From positions 197,904,001 through 197,968,000 of the forward strand of contig NC_042997.1 in the NCBI RefSeq assembly GCF_006345805.1: a stretch of 64,000 nucleotides of DNA. The letters run 5' to 3'. Below are positions 60,941 to 64,000 of the stretch, piece after piece; within the stretch, counting starts at the first letter, position 1, and each line of letters starts with the position of its first letter. Both the position numbers and the translations under genes were made by a program. The DNA comes from Octopus sinensis. Lineage: Eukaryota. The notes under the pieces were generated by a model, which saw only the letters and a list, made by a program, of their open reading frames with translations, ran no database searches and had not been told where the DNA came from.

Positions 60941-61881
60941 AGCATTCACTTCTGTGAGTGAAATGTCTTGACATTCATCTCATTTTTCATTAATATACGC
61001 TGACGTTTGACCTACATTCGAGTGACGTATAACCTATTCTAAACATATAAGCAGCAGTACATCGTTTGAAAAACTCCTTTTACACTTTATATTAATGGGA
61101 TTAAATAATAAATCATATGAGGGAATGATTCGTATAACTTAAAAAAGAATCCTGCTAGCATATTTCTTTAAAAGAAACAACAGAAGTAAATCGGGAAAAT
61201 GTCTTAAGAATTATATCGGTAAAACGTTATAGAATATTTAAGATGAATAATGTGCATAATCTTCTTTCAATGCCCGAGTATTAAAGATATCAGCCATATT
61301 GGCGTCAGAATTATCCAGGGATAGATCATTGGCTTTCGTAGTGGAATTTAAAAGACGGCAGCATCTAATATCGGAAATATATGAAAACGAGCATGTTATT
61401 AGATTTAGAACGTATCTTATGCTGCTATAAATATAATAGTGTTGGGAAATCTAGATAAATAAACGATTACATAGGAAGTATTAAATTGATAGAATAAGCT
61501 TATTAATACGTTATTGTATCAATCACGACCATATATTTTATTTTACGAAATAATTCTTCATAAAGTGGATAATAGAATGAATATCTATTGACTAAAAGGA
61601 GATAAAGGTGAAGAAGATTGTTTTTCTGTAAACAATCAATGATTTATATTACCGGTATAGAGATGAATGAATGTCGCTTACTTATAATCGAGATGAGTAT
61701 GGAAAAAATATAACTTATGAGGCCGAATGCTTATATATTTCTTATAATAAATGTCAGTAGCAGAAGCAAAGCAGAAAATCATTCAAAATTTAAACACATC
61801 TGTGATTACCATTATGAAACTTCATGTGAAAATCTGAATCTGTTTGTCTGTTGTTTCTCTTTCAGAGAATATATATATGTA

Positions 61882-62045
61882 TATAAATTAGGGTATCTGA
61901 GCGATACCACCATGCTGAAATAGCAGTCAAAACCCTAACCCTAAAACCATCTTAAATGTTTGAATGAACATTTAAGGTGGTTTTAGGGTCAGGGTTTTGA
62001 CTGCTATTTCAGCACGGTGGTATCTCGCACATACCCTAATTTATA
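61882..62045. mobile_element. Fold-back MITE related to 3710-3896
   Basis: TATAAATTAGGGTAT..CTGAAATAGCAGTCAAAACC / GGTTTTGACTGCTATTTCAG..ATACCCTAATTTATA. Confidence 0.82.
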
Positions 62046-62127
62046 GTTTTAAATAATTTTTACCTTTGTATGGTATTTATTCCATGCTGGCCACTTGATA
62101 AGATTGATATTTAAATATCGATATTAT

Positions 62128-62186
<59 letters not shown>

Positions 62187-62660
62187 ATATATATTCGTTG
62201 TTAGGAACACACCACACACACACACACATACACATATATATGTATATGTGTATATGTATGTATATATATGCATATATATATATGTATATATATGTATATA
62301 TATATGTATATATAAGTATATATATGTATATATATATATATATGTATATATGATATATATATATATATGAATATATATGTATATATAAATGTATGCATAT
62401 ATAAATATGTATGTATACGTATGTATGTATATATATATGTATATATATGTATATATAATAATAAAGGGTAAAATTAATTAATTAATTAATAATTAATGAT
62501 TTTACCAAGTAGTTCGGTATGTTAAAAGAACCACAATCGGTAAACTTGCACAAAAATTCTATAATTATAAGCATAATTATAATTATGGTTCAGCAAAGTT
62601 TGCTTCACCACATACCGAAATTTAGAAATAGCAGTTAAAACTACTACTTCACTACTATAA

Positions 62661-62967
62661 GATATCTCACAGACAGCAATAATCAACAACTCACGCAGGT
62701 AAAGAGAAAACTATAACGAATCCACCCGGCTCTGATTAACTGCATACGCATTTCGGAGTTAGATAGATGTGAAAAATGTAAAATCATATTTCTACTCACT
62801 CATTCTGTACTAATGAGGAGAATGAGTGAGTAGAAATTATCTCCCACACAGCAATACTCATCTATCTAACTCCGAAATGCGTATGCAGTTAATCATAGCC
62901 GGGTGGATTCGTTATTGTTTTCTCTTTACCTGCGTGAGTTGTTGAGTATTGCTGTGTGGGAGATAAT
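62661..62967. repeat. Nested palindrome (about 105-bp outer arms, inner 19-bp hairpin, triplicated module)
   Basis: 62683-62769 pairs with 62859-62945; ATTTCTACTCACTCATTCT pairs with AGAATGAGTGAGTAGAAAT. Confidence 0.88.
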
Positions 62968-63616
62968 TCTGAGACTATATATACATCTGTAAAGATTGTG
63001 TTTTACATATAAGGTGCCAGTAATTTCTAGAATAGAGAAAGAAGAGCAGTTTCTTACATCTGTTTCTGTCAGTTTTAATAAAAACTAATATTTCCTAAAT
63101 CTAAATATTTTATTAGAAATTTTATTCTTAGCTGCAAAATTTTAAGTAATTTTTTTTCTTGTTCTGTACATTATCAGATGTAATAAGTTGTCCTGAATTT
63201 TTCCAATTGTTATATATATAGCCGGCCACATCGCGTGAATGCGGAGAGGAAAAGGGTTCGGGGATTCCATTTGTAATTAAATTTCGGGGTTTCTTGTTCG
63301 TTCCTTCCGTGTGCTATCGTGTCAAAAACCAATTTCTATAGCGTCGGATCACTCTACGCTTTGTAAGGAGTTTTGTGTGTAGATGCCCATCGAATGTATT
63401 GCATATATTATTATAAACATATAGCCTGGTCACGCACTGTGCAACGCTGACTGCGTATAGGAATTCGTGTAAGTTTACAGTTTTTGAAGAATACTCAGTC
63501 CATGCAATATATGTTACGTCAAACAAAGGTAATGTATTTGATAGACGTATTGTATCCTCATTGTAAATCGACGGAGACCCACTCCGCTATAAATTTATAT
63601 AATACACGTACATACA

Positions 63617-64000
63617 TACTCTTTACTCTTTACTCTTTTACTTGTTTCAGTCATTTGACTGCGGCCATGCTGGAGCACCGCCTTTAGTCGAGCAACTCGA
63701 TCCCGGACTTATTCTTTTGTATGCCCAGTACTTATTCTATCGGTCTCTTTTGCCGAACCGCTAATTAACGGGGACGTAAACACACCAGCATCGGTTGTCA
63801 AGCAATGTTGGAGGGACAAACACAGACACACAAACATACACACACACACAACACACATATATATATATACATATATACGACGGGCTTCTTTCAGTTTCCG
63901 TCTACCAAATCCACTCAGAAAGCATTGGTCGGCCCAGGGCTATAGCAGAAGACACTTGCCCAAGGCGCCACGCAATGGGACTGAACCCGGAACCATGTGG
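63617..64000 (-). mobile_element. SINE family A (cut by the window end)
   Basis: (ACTCTTT)n tail to GAACCCGGAACCATGTGG. Confidence 0.92.

Noticed and set aside
61930-61950. CCCTAACCCTAA telomere-like units
   Set aside because: Only two units, inside a MITE arm.
1-64000. CRISPR arrays, rRNA and prokaryotic operons
   Set aside because: None seen; the repeats are dispersed eukaryotic elements without a regular repeat-spacer period.

Overview
AT-rich, repeat-saturated eukaryotic DNA. The SINE families and flanking repeats look like those of an Octopus genome; this is an inference from recalled repeat sequences, not a database result. No host protein-coding exon can be identified with confidence, and nearly all listed ORFs are translations of microsatellites or SINEs. 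The window holds about 45 copies or fragments of three tRNA-like SINE families (labelled A, B, C here) and non-autonomous Helitron-like elements. It also holds hAT and fold-back MITEs, decayed LINE fragments (APE domain, RTE and CR1/L2-like C-termini), an internally deleted Gypsy pol, long microsatellites and a 100-N gap. Three things stand out. (1) About ten minimal type I hammerhead-ribozyme (HHR) motifs occur in several short repeat families, the arrangement known from Penelope-like elements (PLEs). They include a shared non-canonical CUGUNGA core and a tRNA-headed element carrying tandem HHRs. (2) SINE-B dimers and trimers appear to insert as single units, with 14-16 bp target-site duplications (TSDs). 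(3) There are several near-perfect fold-back palindromes. Element boundaries were read by eye and may be off by about 10 bp.
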